From: Cyanobacteria bacterium P01_A01_bin.123
Lineage (GTDB): Bacteria; Cyanobacteriota; Cyanobacteriia; Phormidesmidales; Phormidesmidaceae
Direction of reading: 5' to 3'
Assembly (NCBI GenBank): GCA_039815185.1
Contig: JBCBZT010000011.1
Coordinates: 32,001 to 96,000 of the forward strand
DNA: 64,000 nt
Below are positions 31,750 to 42,230 of this stretch, one piece after another (position 1 is the stretch's first letter; each line of letters begins with the position of its first letter). Under the pieces are notes generated by a model. That model worked only from the letters and a program-made list of their open reading frames with translations, searched no databases and had not been told where the DNA came from. The translations under genes and the position numbers were made by a program.

Positions 31750-32301
31750 ATGAGCGATAAAGACTCAACCCTCGAAATCCTGCTCGCCGAATACAACTGC
31801 CTCAAGTCAGAACAAGCCCAGCGGATTGGCTTTCGAGATAACCTCCTGTACGTCACCCTCGGCGTCTTTGGGGCCGTGGTCTCATTCGCCGTCTCCGATC
31901 CCGCCCACTACTACGCGCTGCTCGTGATCCCCTGGGTCTGCCTGATCCTCGGTTGGACCTACGTCGTCAACGACGAAAAGATTTCATCCATCGGTAGGTA
32001 CATCCGCTACAAACTGGTTGACAAAGTCAAAGACCATACGGGCTATGCCGATCTAGAAACCCTGTTTGGCTGGGAGATCGCCCACCGCGATGACAAACAC
32101 CGTAAACGCCGCAAAATTCAGCAGTTGATCGTGGACGAGATTACGTTCGTCTTTTCCGGCGTGATTGCCCTATCCGCATTCTGGTTTTTGGTACCCAAGC
32201 CTCCGCTAGGTGTGACGATTCTGTCCTGGGTAGAGCTTCTGCTGTTAATCGTGCTGGGAGTCGAGACGTTTATTTACGCTGATCTGGCAAAAGGTCGTTG
32301 A
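31750..32301 (+). CDS. hypothetical membrane protein (about 4 TM)
   Basis: ATG at 31750 (MSDKDSTLEILLAEY..LK.EQ..RIGFRDNL); hydrophobic segments. Confidence 0.7.
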   Translation: MSDKDSTLEILLAEYNCLKSEQAQRIGFRDNLLYVTLGVFGAVVSFAVSDPAHYYALLVIPWVCLILGWTYVVNDEKISSIGRYIRYKLVDKVKDHTGYADLETLFGWEIAHRDDKHRKRRKIQQLIVDEITFVFSGVIALSAFWFLVPKPPLGVTILSWVELLLLIVLGVETFIYADLAKGR

Positions 32302-32336
32302 TCCGCTAGAAGCGCTAGAGGTAGATAAAAATCTAA

Positions 32337-32407
32337 GGCCCCCCCTAGCCCCCCAATCCTGGGGAGGACAAGGCTCAAAGCCCCCAATCTTGGGGGTTTG
32401 GGGGCCT
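32337..32407. repeat. GC-rich palindromic REP-like repeat
   Basis: GGCCCCCCCTAGCCCCCAATCCTGGGG...GCCCCCAATCTTGGGGGTTTGGGGGCC. Confidence 0.55.
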
Positions 32408-32506
32408 CAAACATCTTTGATAACTTTAACAGTCGCTTTCTCTCAGAAATATCTTTTGGCTAAAGAATCAGCCCTAACCAGGATCGGGGAGCAGGAGGGC
32501 TCCCAG

Positions 32507-32611
32507 TATAGCCGTAGCCACAAAGCTTTGTGCGCTACGGCGAGCCAGATTGTTTGTGTGTTGAATATCCCAGCGGTACTAGGTGCATTAAGCAATCTGG
32601 CCAGCGCTATA
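32507..32611. mobile_element. 105-bp MITE/REP-like repeat, copy D
   Basis: TATAGCCGTAGCC...GGCCAGCGCTATA. Confidence 0.9.
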
Positions 32612-32759
32612 TATTTTTTTGGAGAAATCACCCAACAGGCGATCGCAGATTGGCATTCTTGGGTCAATCAGGGTGTCGTGAAAAACAGCGACGCCAGAGG
32701 ATGACATCGCTGTTTTGCTGTGTGAGATGAGGGGTGAATCCTTGAATTCACCCTGCTGA

Positions 32760-33719
32760 TTAAGAGAGTGTCTCGTTATCGGTGACGATTGACCTCATCC
32801 CCTCAAGGGTTGCAGGGATGCTGCGGGGATCCATAAACATCACCTTGCTGCTGCCGCTGGTACCAATCTCCTGACCCATATCGAAATAACCCTTAGCCAC
32901 CAAAAACTGGAGGGCTTTGTTGGCATTGGGATCTTCTCTCAAGGTTTTCGCAATCACCTGCATGGCCTCAGAGGTAGCTTGGGCTTTGAGCACCTGTTCT
33001 TGGCGATAAGCTTGAGCCCGTAACACAATGGTCTTTTGATCCGCTTCAGCGGCCAAGATGGCGGCTTTTTGTTGCGCCTCTGCCGAGAGCACTTCCGCTT
33101 CCGCACGACCGCGGGCACTGTTCACAGCGGATTCCCTTTCCCCTTCAGAGGTCAAGACAGCGGCCCGCTTTTGCCGTTCTGCAGTCATTTGCAGTTCCAT
33201 GGAATCTTGAACGGCTTTGGAAGGCATAATGTCGCGCAGCTCAACGCGGGTTACCTTGACGCCCCAGGGATCGGTGGAAATATCGAGTTCCCGCAGCAGC
33301 AGTTCATTGATCTCAGAACGAGCGGTGAAGGTTTCGTCGAGTTCGAGTTTGCCGATTTCTGCCCGAATTTGGGTCAGCACCAGATTGACGATGGCCGCTC
33401 TCAAGTTTTCGACTTTGTAGTAGGCCTTTTCCAGATCGACGATGCGCCAATAAACGACCGCGTCAGCGTCTACGGAGACATTATCGCGGGTGATACAGGG
33501 TTGTTTGGGCACATCTAACACCCGTTCGCGCACGGTTTGGCGATAGGCGACGCGATCCACAAAGGGCACCATAAAATTGAGCCCTGGATTCAGCTTTTTG
33601 CCGTTATAGCGACCCAGGGTTTCAACCAGGGCTTCGTCTCCCTGGTTAATGATTTTGACAGAACTGGCGGCAACAGAACCGCCAAGGGCCAAGATAATCA
33701 GAAAAGCAAATGGGTTCAT
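32760..33719 (-). CDS. SPFH/band 7 (stomatin-like) protein
   Basis: [28 protein letters not shown]. Confidence 0.92.
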   Translation of the reverse strand: MNPFAFLIILALGGSVAASSVKIINQGDEALVETLGRYNGKKLNPGLNFMVPFVDRVAYRQTVRERVLDVPKQPCITRDNVSVDADAVVYWRIVDLEKAYYKVENLRAAIVNLVLTQIRAEIGKLELDETFTARSEINELLLRELDISTDPWGVKVTRVELRDIMPSKAVQDSMELQMTAERQKRAAVLTSEGERESAVNSARGRAEAEVLSAEAQQKAAILAAEADQKTIVLRAQAYRQEQVLKAQATSEAMQVIAKTLREDPNANKALQFLVAKGYFDMGQEIGTSGSSKVMFMDPRSIPATLEGMRSIVTDNETLS

Positions 33720-33740
33720 AAATTAAAGCCTCTTGAATTT

Positions 33741-34166
33741 TTAAGGATGCAGTTCGCGCTCTGGAATAACAAACAGCGTATTGCCTTTGCGACCTACCAC
33801 AAGAACAGGTTCGTTGGCATCAATGGTCGTGGTGCGATCTTCGCAGCGGGCTTGCCAAGAATTGCCTTCGTACAGGACTCGTCCGGCTTCGCCGGGGGCG
33901 ATCGCGGTTAGGGTTCTGCCCTCAGTCTCTTCTGCGATCGCCCGGGGTGTCTTCTTGGGGCTAAATCGCTTGAGTAAGACAATAAACAGGAGCGAAAACA
34001 CCATCCACAGCACAACTTGCAGGTTGAAGGAGGGCACGACCAGGGTTAGCAAGGCCACAACAAAGGCCGCCACCCCTAGGGCAGATTCGACAAAGGCAGT
34101 TGGTACTAGCAGCTCTAAGAAGCACAGCGCGGCACCAATAATGACCCAGAACAAGGCGAGACTCAT
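33741..34166 (-). CDS. NfeD family protein (short form; ATG 34166)
   Basis: TM N-terminus, GRVLYEGNSWQA OB-fold; paired with SPFH gene. Confidence 0.88.
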   Translation of the reverse strand: MSLALFWVIIGAALCFLELLVPTAFVESALGVAAFVVALLTLVVPSFNLQVVLWMVFSLLFIVLLKRFSPKKTPRAIAEETEGRTLTAIAPGEAGRVLYEGNSWQARCEDRTTTIDANEPVLVVGRKGNTLFVIPERELHP

Positions 34167-34557
34167 AGTCAATCCCGGTTTTCTAACTAAACCTCGTCCA
34201 CATCCAGATCCATCATTGTCCCCTAAGCTAAAAGCCCAAGGTATCAAATCGGATGTGGTTTAATTCACAATTTTTCGATCCAATTCCGTACACTAAGCCT
34301 AATCCAGTGCAAAATTTGATGCTTCTCTTTAGGGAAAATCGTTGCGTTAGACGGGCACAAAGGCCGCTAAAACGCTAAGAGGACTACAAATTTCGCAGGG
34401 AACTGGGTCAAAATTTTTGAGTGCCCCGAGCGAATTGTCTAAAATCCTCTAGGATTAATCTAACTTTGACGACGAAGTCTGTATTCACCTGATTACTTTG
34501 TCTTAAGACCTGATGAATTGTCTTAACAGATAAACACCTAAACACCGTCCCGCTGCT

Positions 34558-36636
34558 TTGGCCATGAACGTTTCTGAGTCAGTCCCATTCCGTGTAAAAC
34601 AGTATCTCTGGGCCGTTGGCGCAGCAGCAGCGGCTGTGGGAGTGGGTAAGCGTGTGGGAGATCGCTATCAGGTGGTTGCCCCCCAAATCTGGCTCGACAC
34701 CCAACCCGATGATCTACCAGAATTCCCTGAAACGCCTCCTGAAGCGGCCTTACCTTACCTATTGGCCCACCCCCATCGACTCCACGTGCCAGGAGTCTAC
34801 GGGGTTGTGTCACCCCAAAGGGGCGCAGAGATTGGTCAGTCCCAGAGGGGCGCAGAGATTGGCCAGTCCCAGAGGGGCGCAGAGATTGGCCCGCCTCAGA
34901 AGAACACAGAGCGCGACGCGTCCCAAGCCGCCATAGAGGTCGGATTATCTCAGCGGGACTCAGAAGTTTTATCGTCTCCTTGGGATACAGAGGTCGAGCC
35001 ATCTCCTTGGGATACGGAGATCGAATCGCCTCAAGCAGAAGCAGAGGGAGGGGCGTCCCCAGCGGAACCGCCGATTCTGCTGCTTGATAATGCGCCGATT
35101 GATCGCGGCGGTAAGCTGTATCCAACACTGCAAGACCGTTGGGCTGATACCGTTTCGGTGCGACAACTGCATTGGCTGTGGCAACTCCTTGAACTGTGGA
35201 CACCGCTTAAACAACTGGGCCTAGCAGCCAGCTTACTTGAGCGCGACAATATTCGGGTGGAAGGTTGGCGAGTGCGGTTGCGGACGCTCCAAGCGGTGCC
35301 AGTCGATCCGGCCCTGTCTGATTTGCTGCGGAGTTGGCAGCCCTTGCTGAAGCAGGCACAGCCGCCGATTGCCGAAGCGCTGGCTGCAGTACTCAATCCA
35401 AATAACCCAGAAGCGTCTACCCTAGAGGCGATCGCGGCAGGGTTAAACCAACTCCTGCTTAAACAAACAGGGCAGTTGTCGATTCAGCTTTATGCTGGGG
35501 GCGCAACCACGGCTGGCCCGCTACACAAACGCAATGAAGACGCCTGCTATCCCAATAACTTAGACAAGCTGCAGACAGCACCGGGCATTATTCCCAACAT
35601 TGCCATTGTGTGTGATGGGTTGGGGGGCCACGAAGGGGGCGAAGTCGCTAGTCAGATGGTGGTGCGATCGCTCCAGCTCCAGCTCCGGGCTTTGCTGCGA
35701 GAGGTGATCGAGCAACCAGACTATCAATCACCAACCCGCATTGCCGAGCAAATCGAAGCAGCGGTCAGGGTAGTGAATAATTTAATCGCTAAACAAAACG
35801 ATAGCCAGGGGCGTAGCGATCGCCAACGCATGGGGAGCACCCTAACAATGGCGTTACAGCTCCCCCAGCGCGTCCGTACAGCCCAAGGTTGGGTCGCTAC
35901 CACCGAAGTCTACATTGCCCACGTGGGTGACAGCCGCGTCTACTGGATTACCCCCTCCTACTGCCACCTGCTGACCTTAGACGACGATATTGCGAGCCGG
36001 GAGGTTATAGCGGGTCGCAGCCTTTACCTCCAGGCAAAACAGCGACCCGATGCTGGGGCCTTGACCCAAGCCATTGGAACCCGCGAATCAGATGCCCTGA
36101 GGCTGCATATTCAACGGTTCATCATTGACGAAGAGGGCTTACTGCTGGTGTGTTCGGACGGCCTTAGCGACAATCGCCGGGTGGAAGAATCTTGGGCCAA
36201 CTACATTGGGCTGATTGTCAAAGACATCGTCACCTTAGAGGCAGCAGTAGAGTCTTTGATTGAGCTAGCCAATCAAAAAAACGGGCATGACAATGCTTCA
36301 GTGGTGCTGATGCGTTGCCGCGTCTCTCCAGAAGTCGTCCGCCCCGGCTCCCTCACCACTCGCCAAGACAACCTCCAGTTTGAAATGACCGAAGCCTCTA
36401 AAGCCCTACTCTACGGCGAGATTGACCCGGTGACAGGGAAACCTCCTGAAGCAGAACCCATCGAACTTGCGCCTGAGCCTAGCAGCTTCCCCCTCTCATC
36501 AAAGCAAATCCTAGGCGCGATCGCAGCATTAGTGCTAATCCTTGGCGTCGGTTGGGCCAGTTGGTGGTTCTTTGCCCGTTCTGGCAACAACGCACCGCCC
36601 GATGAGGGCAACACGCCGACCCAACTTGAACCTTAG
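34558..36636 (+). CDS. PP2C-family Ser/Thr phosphatase with degenerate kinase-like N-terminal region and C-terminal TM
   Basis: RNEDA, VCDGLGGHEGGEVAS, MGSTL, HVGDSR, CSDGL, GHDN. Confidence 0.88.
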   Translation: MAMNVSESVPFRVKQYLWAVGAAAAAVGVGKRVGDRYQVVAPQIWLDTQPDDLPEFPETPPEAALPYLLAHPHRLHVPGVYGVVSPQRGAEIGQSQRGAEIGQSQRGAEIGPPQKNTERDASQAAIEVGLSQRDSEVLSSPWDTEVEPSPWDTEIESPQAEAEGGASPAEPPILLLDNAPIDRGGKLYPTLQDRWADTVSVRQLHWLWQLLELWTPLKQLGLAASLLERDNIRVEGWRVRLRTLQAVPVDPALSDLLRSWQPLLKQAQPPIAEALAAVLNPNNPEASTLEAIAAGLNQLLLKQTGQLSIQLYAGGATTAGPLHKRNEDACYPNNLDKLQTAPGIIPNIAIVCDGLGGHEGGEVASQMVVRSLQLQLRALLREVIEQPDYQSPTRIAEQIEAAVRVVNNLIAKQNDSQGRSDRQRMGSTLTMALQLPQRVRTAQGWVATTEVYIAHVGDSRVYWITPSYCHLLTLDDDIASREVIAGRSLYLQAKQRPDAGALTQAIGTRESDALRLHIQRFIIDEEGLLLVCSDGLSDNRRVEESWANYIGLIVKDIVTLEAAVESLIELANQKNGHDNASVVLMRCRVSPEVVRPGSLTTRQDNLQFEMTEASKALLYGEIDPVTGKPPEAEPIELAPEPSSFPLSSKQILGAIAALVLILGVGWASWWFFARSGNNAPPDEGNTPTQLEP
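34814..35056 (+). repeat. in-frame 27-bp tandem array (9 units, 3 near-identical)
   Basis: CCCAGAGGGGCGCAGAGATTGGCCAGT x3, then six diverged units in register. Confidence 0.8.
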
Positions 36637-36671
36637 AGTTGCGCTTAGCTGATCAAGCGAATCGGTTTGAT

Positions 36672-36815
36672 AGGGAGTGGGGGAGTGATGGGGTAGGGGA
36701 GTTGGGGGAAGATGGGGGAAGTGGGGAGGAGAATTCGCTAACGCTCCTAACTCGATCCCCTAATCACTTCTAAACCCATTTCCCGATCACTCCATCACCC
36801 CATCACCCAAACCCA
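36672..36815. repeat. G-rich/C-rich imperfect inverted short-repeat tract between convergent genes
   Basis: GGGAGTGATGGGG... arm and ...CATCACCCCATCACCC arm. Confidence 0.55.
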
Positions 36816-36820
36816 CCGTC

Positions 36821-37285
36821 TTAACCCAAAGCCGTCTCAATCGCAGCTTTTAAGTCAGCATCATCAGGGGCGACTTGGGGTTCAAAGCGGGCCTTGACTT
36901 CACCATCACGGCCCACAACAAACTTGCCAAAGTTCCAGGCGATATCTGGCCCATCACCCACAAGAAACTGATAAAGCGGGCTGCGATCAGCACCGTTCAC
37001 GTCTTGCTTTTCCAGCAGGGGAAAATCGACGTTGTACTTACTTGCTGTAAAGGCTTTGATCTCTTCGGGGCTGCCGGGTTCTTGGCTGCCAAACTGGTTG
37101 CAGGGCACGCCAATGACCATAAAATCGCGATCGCTATACGCCTTATTGAGAGCGACTAATCCATCATACTGGGGAGTCAGGCCACACTGACTGGCAACGT
37201 TGACAAATAGGACAACCTTACCGCTCACGGTATCAGGGGAGACGGGTGCTCCGTCTAGGGTGGTTAGAGGAGTGGGCAAAGGCAT
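36821..37285 (-). CDS. glutathione peroxidase family (Cys-type)
   Basis: NVASQCGLT, PCNQFGSQEPG, WNFGKF. Confidence 0.93.
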   Translation of the reverse strand: MPLPTPLTTLDGAPVSPDTVSGKVVLFVNVASQCGLTPQYDGLVALNKAYSDRDFMVIGVPCNQFGSQEPGSPEEIKAFTASKYNVDFPLLEKQDVNGADRSPLYQFLVGDGPDIAWNFGKFVVGRDGEVKARFEPQVAPDDADLKAAIETALG

Positions 37286-37345
37286 AGTAAATCACTCTTA
37301 CGCAACGCCTTCCATTATCAACCAATCGAGGCACGTCTGTTTACC

Positions 37346-38797
37346 CTATTGGGCTGAATCAACCTCTGATAATTGTGGGGTTGATGAACGGTGGGGACTC
37401 AGGGCAGCCCCGAGTAAATATCCCCCAACGCAAATCAGCAACCCGTAAACGTTTACGCCCAAATCCAGGGCATATTTGCCGCCACCCATCACCATCCACG
37501 CGGGGAAGATATGGGTACTCAGGGCATTTTCAAGCACGCGTAAGATGCCAAAGGTGAGCCCTGGCCAAAAGGCGAGGTGAAAACTCAAACGCCCAGCCTG
37601 TGGGATGAATGCCAAGAGGAAAATCGGTGCTAGCCCCATCACCATGGTGCCGCTGATGGTTGTGGCTTGAATGATCGCAGGGCCGACCCTGTCGCCCATG
37701 TAGATACTGAGCAAAGGAAGATTGCCTAAGAGTGCGATCGCGATAATCCACCAACGCCCCAGAAAAGCCTGCTTTTCGGTAGGGGCCCCTTTGCGGTTAT
37801 TCCAATCTCGTGCACCCAGCTTGGCCACACTAGAGAAGGTCGAATCTAAGGTAGACCCAGCACTGGTGAGCATAATGGCGTTGAACACCAACAACATCGG
37901 CAGGCCAAACAAGGCCGGTACCGCCAAGGAAGGACTGCCCTCAACGCCAAAGGCACGGGCATAAAGCCCCACACTACTAAAGAGAAAAATAAAGCCGCCG
38001 CTGATTAACCCAGCCAAGACAAACCCTTTGACCATCGTCTTAGGCCCGGTGATAAAAGCGCGATCAGTCATCACCGGATCATGGAACGGATAGCTAAAGA
38101 TTTGCACAAAGGCTAGACCGCAAAAGGTCAGTCCGGCCAAACTGGTTTCACCATCCGCTTGGGGAAGCCCTTGGTTGATCAAGCCAGGGCCGAGGGTTGC
38201 CAAAATCACGACTAGCAGCAGCGCCGCCAGTACCATTTGTGCGCCGTCAGTGAGCAAGCTGGAGCGCAATCCTCCCAGCAGGCTGTAATACACTGTGAAC
38301 GCCGTGACCATTAAGGCCGCAATCCAGTAACCGCCGCTGCCCTCAGCCCCAAAATAAAGGGAGAACACCTTTGTGTTAGACCACACTTCATTGATCAGGC
38401 GGACAGCGATCGCGATCAAAAACAAGCGGGCACACCATTTGCCATATTTACCGACTAAAAACTCAGGAATAGACCGATAGCCACCCCGCATCCGAATAAA
38501 GTAAAGGGCGACTGCTGCCGTAATAAAACTCAGGTAGTAAATGGCATAGCCCAGGCCACCGAGAATGCCAAAGGAATTGCCCAAGCTAGCTGCATTGTCA
38601 ATCGACTTGGCAAAAATCCAGGAGATCGCTGCACTGGAGACCAGTAGCCAGAGCCCTGGCGCTCGCCCCTGTTGAGACTGCCCTTCAAAAAACTCAGAGG
38701 CAGAGACCTTTTCCGGGGTCGTCGTTTGGACAATGCGATAGATAAAGAAGCCGTAGCCAGCCAACAGTGCCCACGTAATCGCAGTAGATAGCAACAT
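37346..38797 (-). CDS. sodium:solute symporter-like transporter
   Basis: About 13 TMs; GGLRSSLLTD and SAGSTLDS SSS-type motifs. Confidence 0.8.
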   Translation of the reverse strand: MLLSTAITWALLAGYGFFIYRIVQTTTPEKVSASEFFEGQSQQGRAPGLWLLVSSAAISWIFAKSIDNAASLGNSFGILGGLGYAIYYLSFITAAVALYFIRMRGGYRSIPEFLVGKYGKWCARLFLIAIAVRLINEVWSNTKVFSLYFGAEGSGGYWIAALMVTAFTVYYSLLGGLRSSLLTDGAQMVLAALLLVVILATLGPGLINQGLPQADGETSLAGLTFCGLAFVQIFSYPFHDPVMTDRAFITGPKTMVKGFVLAGLISGGFIFLFSSVGLYARAFGVEGSPSLAVPALFGLPMLLVFNAIMLTSAGSTLDSTFSSVAKLGARDWNNRKGAPTEKQAFLGRWWIIAIALLGNLPLLSIYMGDRVGPAIIQATTISGTMVMGLAPIFLLAFIPQAGRLSFHLAFWPGLTFGILRVLENALSTHIFPAWMVMGGGKYALDLGVNVYGLLICVGGYLLGAALSPHRSSTPQLSEVDSAQ

Positions 38798-38839
38798 AGC
38801 GTTGTGTTGTAAAAATTAGAACTCAAAACTCAAACTTGC

Positions 38840-38944
38840 TATAGCCGTAGCCACAAAGCTTTGTGCGCTACGGCGAGCCAGATTGCCTGTGTGCTGGGCA
38901 TCCCAGCGAGACTAAGTGCATTAAGCAATCTGGCCAGCGCTATA
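38840..38944. mobile_element. 105-bp MITE/REP-like repeat, copy E (overlaps the 3' end of the upstream CDS)
   Basis: TATAGCCGTAGCC...GGCCAGCGCTATA. Confidence 0.9.
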
Positions 38945-39769
38945 AATCAGCGCACAAGCTGCCTGCTCAGTCGGCGGCAAAATTTCGGCACAGGTCGTCC
39001 AGATGCCGGTTTCTAGTGATTCTGCAAATTCTTCAGGGAGCCCCTCTGCCCGCATCGCAGTCGCCACCGCACTGACGTCATAGTCCAGCGTCATGAGTCG
39101 AGGTAAAATCTCAGTGTCACGTCGTTCCAGCAAACCGTAGTGAACGTGGCGTTGGCCATTATTGGCGGGGCGACCGAGTACCCCAACGTTGAACCAGAAA
39201 CCTAGACGACCATCGGCCTGAACCACCTGCCGAACCCAAGGCAATCCCGAATGGGTAACGCAGATACCATCAACGCCGTAGCGCAAAAGATAGTCACAAA
39301 TCTGCTCATCTGAGGTCTCGGTTTCCCAAACAAACTCGTTGACCCGATCTGGGCTACCGTGGCAAAGCAATACGCTGCGATCGCCCCACGCTATGCGCAT
39401 CTGCTGAGGTAGCGTCTGCAGCCAGTCTCGATGGTGGATAGCCGTGTGGTCATAGGTGTAGTCATAGCTGATTTGGGCAAATCGGCGATCGCGCTCATCT
39501 GAATACCCACAGCCACAATCCCGTGCACCGTTGCCAATGGCGTCATCGTAATTTCCCTGGATACACATCACCCCCGCCTGCCGGATCAAATCCAGTGTCA
39601 GATTAGGACGGGGGCCAAATCCACCGATATCGCCCAGACAGAAGCGATGGGTAACCGTTTTAGTCGTGGCTAGGAACGCCTCAACTGCTGCAAAGTTACT
39701 GTAAGGTCCGCCGCATAAGGCAAGACGCAAACAGTCAGGTGACACCGTTAAAGTAGGAACATCGGCCAT
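38921..39769 (-). CDS. calcineurin-like metallophosphoesterase family protein
   Basis: CLGD, GNYD, CHGSP, THSG, N.G..G motifs; CGCGY insert. Confidence 0.8.
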   Translation of the reverse strand: MADVPTLTVSPDCLRLALCGGPYSNFAAVEAFLATTKTVTHRFCLGDIGGFGPRPNLTLDLIRQAGVMCIQGNYDDAIGNGARDCGCGYSDERDRRFAQISYDYTYDHTAIHHRDWLQTLPQQMRIAWGDRSVLLCHGSPDRVNEFVWETETSDEQICDYLLRYGVDGICVTHSGLPWVRQVVQADGRLGFWFNVGVLGRPANNGQRHVHYGLLERRDTEILPRLMTLDYDVSAVATAMRAEGLPEEFAESLETGIWTTCAEILPPTEQAACALIYSAGQIA

Positions 39770-40369
39770 AGTTTGGGTAAGCGCAGGGGCTAATCAGACA
39801 ACAAATTGAGTCTCAGTCAAACCCCGCAGGACTTGCTCACAGTGAACAAGCTAGAGGTTTAAAGCCGAGTTAAGTTTGAGTATTCCTGATTTAACCAGAA
39901 ACCCGCTGAACTGCGGATGAATTTTCCCTGAGAAATAAGCAGTCTGCCCAAAAAGATGCCTATACGAGGCTCAGCTCAGTCCTTTGGCGTTTCCTGATAG
40001 GCAAAATTCCAGGTCTGAACGTGGAAACGGTTTAAAGCAAGCTCTCACTGAGCTGAATAGATAGAAGAACGTTTGAGATCACCGCAACCAGACTCAGACT
40101 AACGAAAGCTGATTATGCTGCCCTGCTGCGATGGCAAGGCTCGCTTTAAAGTAGCTTTTGGCAGTAACCCTGCTGCCGATTCAGCACAGGAAAGTCCTTT
40201 CTCTAACCTTAACTTTCGGCTGTTCTAATGGGTGAGGCAAAATAAATCTTGGCCACATCCAAACCTGTCGCTTTTCTTAAGTTCAGTATTCAAGCTTGCA
40301 AACCAGACGGGGTTTAGCCTGAAAGTTTTTGACAATTTCCCCTGAGTTCTGCCAGTCAATATCTTTAAC

Positions 40370-42121
40370 TTGAAATCTATGCCATCCAGCTCTAAATTGT
40401 CTTCAGTCTGGCAGCGTCTAAAAAGTGGAAGAATAACCTGTGAGCAAGCGCTAAACCTGTTACGTAACGACCAGGGAAAATTAGCGTTAGAGCTGCTAGA
40501 CAGGGAAGTTGAGCGTCGCTTTTTCCAAAAGTTTCCCGATCTCACGACGCTGCCCCCAGTTATCCCCCTATTGCTGTGGCGCAACTGCTACTACTTAGGC
40601 AGTCCCCATCACTTGACCGCTGAGGTTGTCAGCCATTTACAAGCCTATACCCAAGCAGACGTCCAAATTCTCCCCATTACGGCGAAGTGCTATCGCAAGT
40701 GGTACCACGCTAAAAATTTAGACCCTGCCAGCATTAATGCTGGCCAACTGCTCAATCCACTGACCGGCCAGCATGAGCAAGAAGATATTAGCGAAACAAC
40801 TGAACTGTTTTTGTCTCACGCTGTCGATCAGGTGGAACGGATCAAAACTATCATCGCGAGTGCCCTGCGCAACCGCGCCAGTGACGTTCATTTAGAACCC
40901 ACCCCCGATGGGCTCCGCGTCCGTTATCGCATTGACGGGGTGCTGCGCGACATTACCCTATTGCCAGCTGAGTTGGGACGTCGGGTCGTGGTGGCGCTCA
41001 AAGTGATGGCAAACATGGATATTTCTGACAGCCGTCGCCCCCACGATGGTCGCATTGGAGAAAGATATGCGTCAGAGGCGGGAGCCGACTTGGGCATGGA
41101 TATGCGCGTGAGCACATTGCCCTGTGTCGGCGGCGAGAAGGCTGTTGTGCGCCTGCTGCCGCGAAAAAATCCCTTTTCCACCGTTGATAAGCTGGGCTTT
41201 TCACCCACGGTCTTACCAACTTATAAGACCTGGTTACAACAGCCCCAGGGGTTGATTATCTTTACCGGGCCAACCGGTTCGGGTAAGACCAGCACGCTTT
41301 ATACCAGTTTGCAGGCGATCGCCCAAGAACATGTCAACGTCGTCACGGTAGAAGACCCGGTCGAGTACGTGTTGCCGCGCATCACTCAAACCCAGGTCAA
41401 CGAGGCCGCAGGCATGACCTTCGCCGCCGGTATCCGCGCTATTTTACGCCAAGATCCCGACATCGTTATGGTAGGGGAAGTCCGCGACCCCGAAACTGCT
41501 GAAACCGCTATTCGTGCTGCCTTAACGGGGCACTTGGTCTTCACGACGCTGCACACCAACGACGCCATCGGGGCCATTCCGCGCCTTAAGGACATTGGCC
41601 CTGATCCGGGGTTGGTGAGTGATGCCTTGTTGGGGGTAATTGCCCAACGCTTGGTTCGACGGATCTGCCCCCACTGTGCTGAACCCCACTTACCCAAACC
41701 TGAAGCGCTAGAACGCTTTGGCTTGCAAAGCAAGACCGTGGATATCAGTAATTGTCGGATCGGGCGCGGTTGCAACCAGTGTTTTGGCTCTGGCTATTTG
41801 GGTCGCGAAGCCGTTGTGGAGATGGTGGAAGTAAACGACACCATTCGAGAAATCATCCATGAAGGCAATACTACGGATCTACGTCACTATCTTCACGAGA
41901 TTGATTTTATGAGCTTCCGTAAGGCAGCGGTAGAGAAGGTCATAACCGGAATCACTACTTTTGATGAAGTGTCCCGTGTGTTACCCCACAGTGCCCTACG
42001 TAGACCCCAGACAGTCCGCAGCCAAAAGCTGAAGTCAGAGCTACGATGGCCCACACAGCCGGCAACGGCTAATACGCCAAAGTTGATCGCACCCCTAGTG
42101 CATCCAGACCCCCGTTCATAA
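40370..42121 (+). CDS. GspE/PulE/PilB family ATPase
   Basis: ASDVHLEP, GPTGSGKTS, EDPVE, LRQDPD..MVGEVRD, TGHLV.TTLH, CxxC...CxxC. Confidence 0.92.
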   Translation: MKSMPSSSKLSSVWQRLKSGRITCEQALNLLRNDQGKLALELLDREVERRFFQKFPDLTTLPPVIPLLLWRNCYYLGSPHHLTAEVVSHLQAYTQADVQILPITAKCYRKWYHAKNLDPASINAGQLLNPLTGQHEQEDISETTELFLSHAVDQVERIKTIIASALRNRASDVHLEPTPDGLRVRYRIDGVLRDITLLPAELGRRVVVALKVMANMDISDSRRPHDGRIGERYASEAGADLGMDMRVSTLPCVGGEKAVVRLLPRKNPFSTVDKLGFSPTVLPTYKTWLQQPQGLIIFTGPTGSGKTSTLYTSLQAIAQEHVNVVTVEDPVEYVLPRITQTQVNEAAGMTFAAGIRAILRQDPDIVMVGEVRDPETAETAIRAALTGHLVFTTLHTNDAIGAIPRLKDIGPDPGLVSDALLGVIAQRLVRRICPHCAEPHLPKPEALERFGLQSKTVDISNCRIGRGCNQCFGSGYLGREAVVEMVEVNDTIREIIHEGNTTDLRHYLHEIDFMSFRKAAVEKVITGITTFDEVSRVLPHSALRRPQTVRSQKLKSELRWPTQPATANTPKLIAPLVHPDPRS

Positions 42122-42148
42122 ATCCAGCGCCATTGCGCCTCTAGAAAA

Positions 42149-42230
42149 GTACTCCAGTGTCGCTGGGATGCTCAGCACACCAGCAATCTGACTCGCAGTA
42201 GCGCACAAAGCTTTGTGCGCTACTGCTATC
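42149..42230. mobile_element. truncated copy F of the 105-bp element
   Basis: Perfect 32-nt palindrome GCAGTAGCGCACAAAGCTTTGTGCGCTACTGC at 42195-42226. Confidence 0.8.

Noticed and set aside
29600..32400. Complete DGR cassette
   Set aside because: No reverse transcriptase, avd or separate AAC-rich template repeat in the window
34814..34894. 27-bp direct repeats as a CRISPR array
   Set aside because: Head-to-tail with no spacers, and in frame within a CDS
39780..40360. Long intergenic region with small hairpins as a riboswitch
   Set aside because: No recognisable cobalamin, SAM, TPP or c-di-GMP consensus
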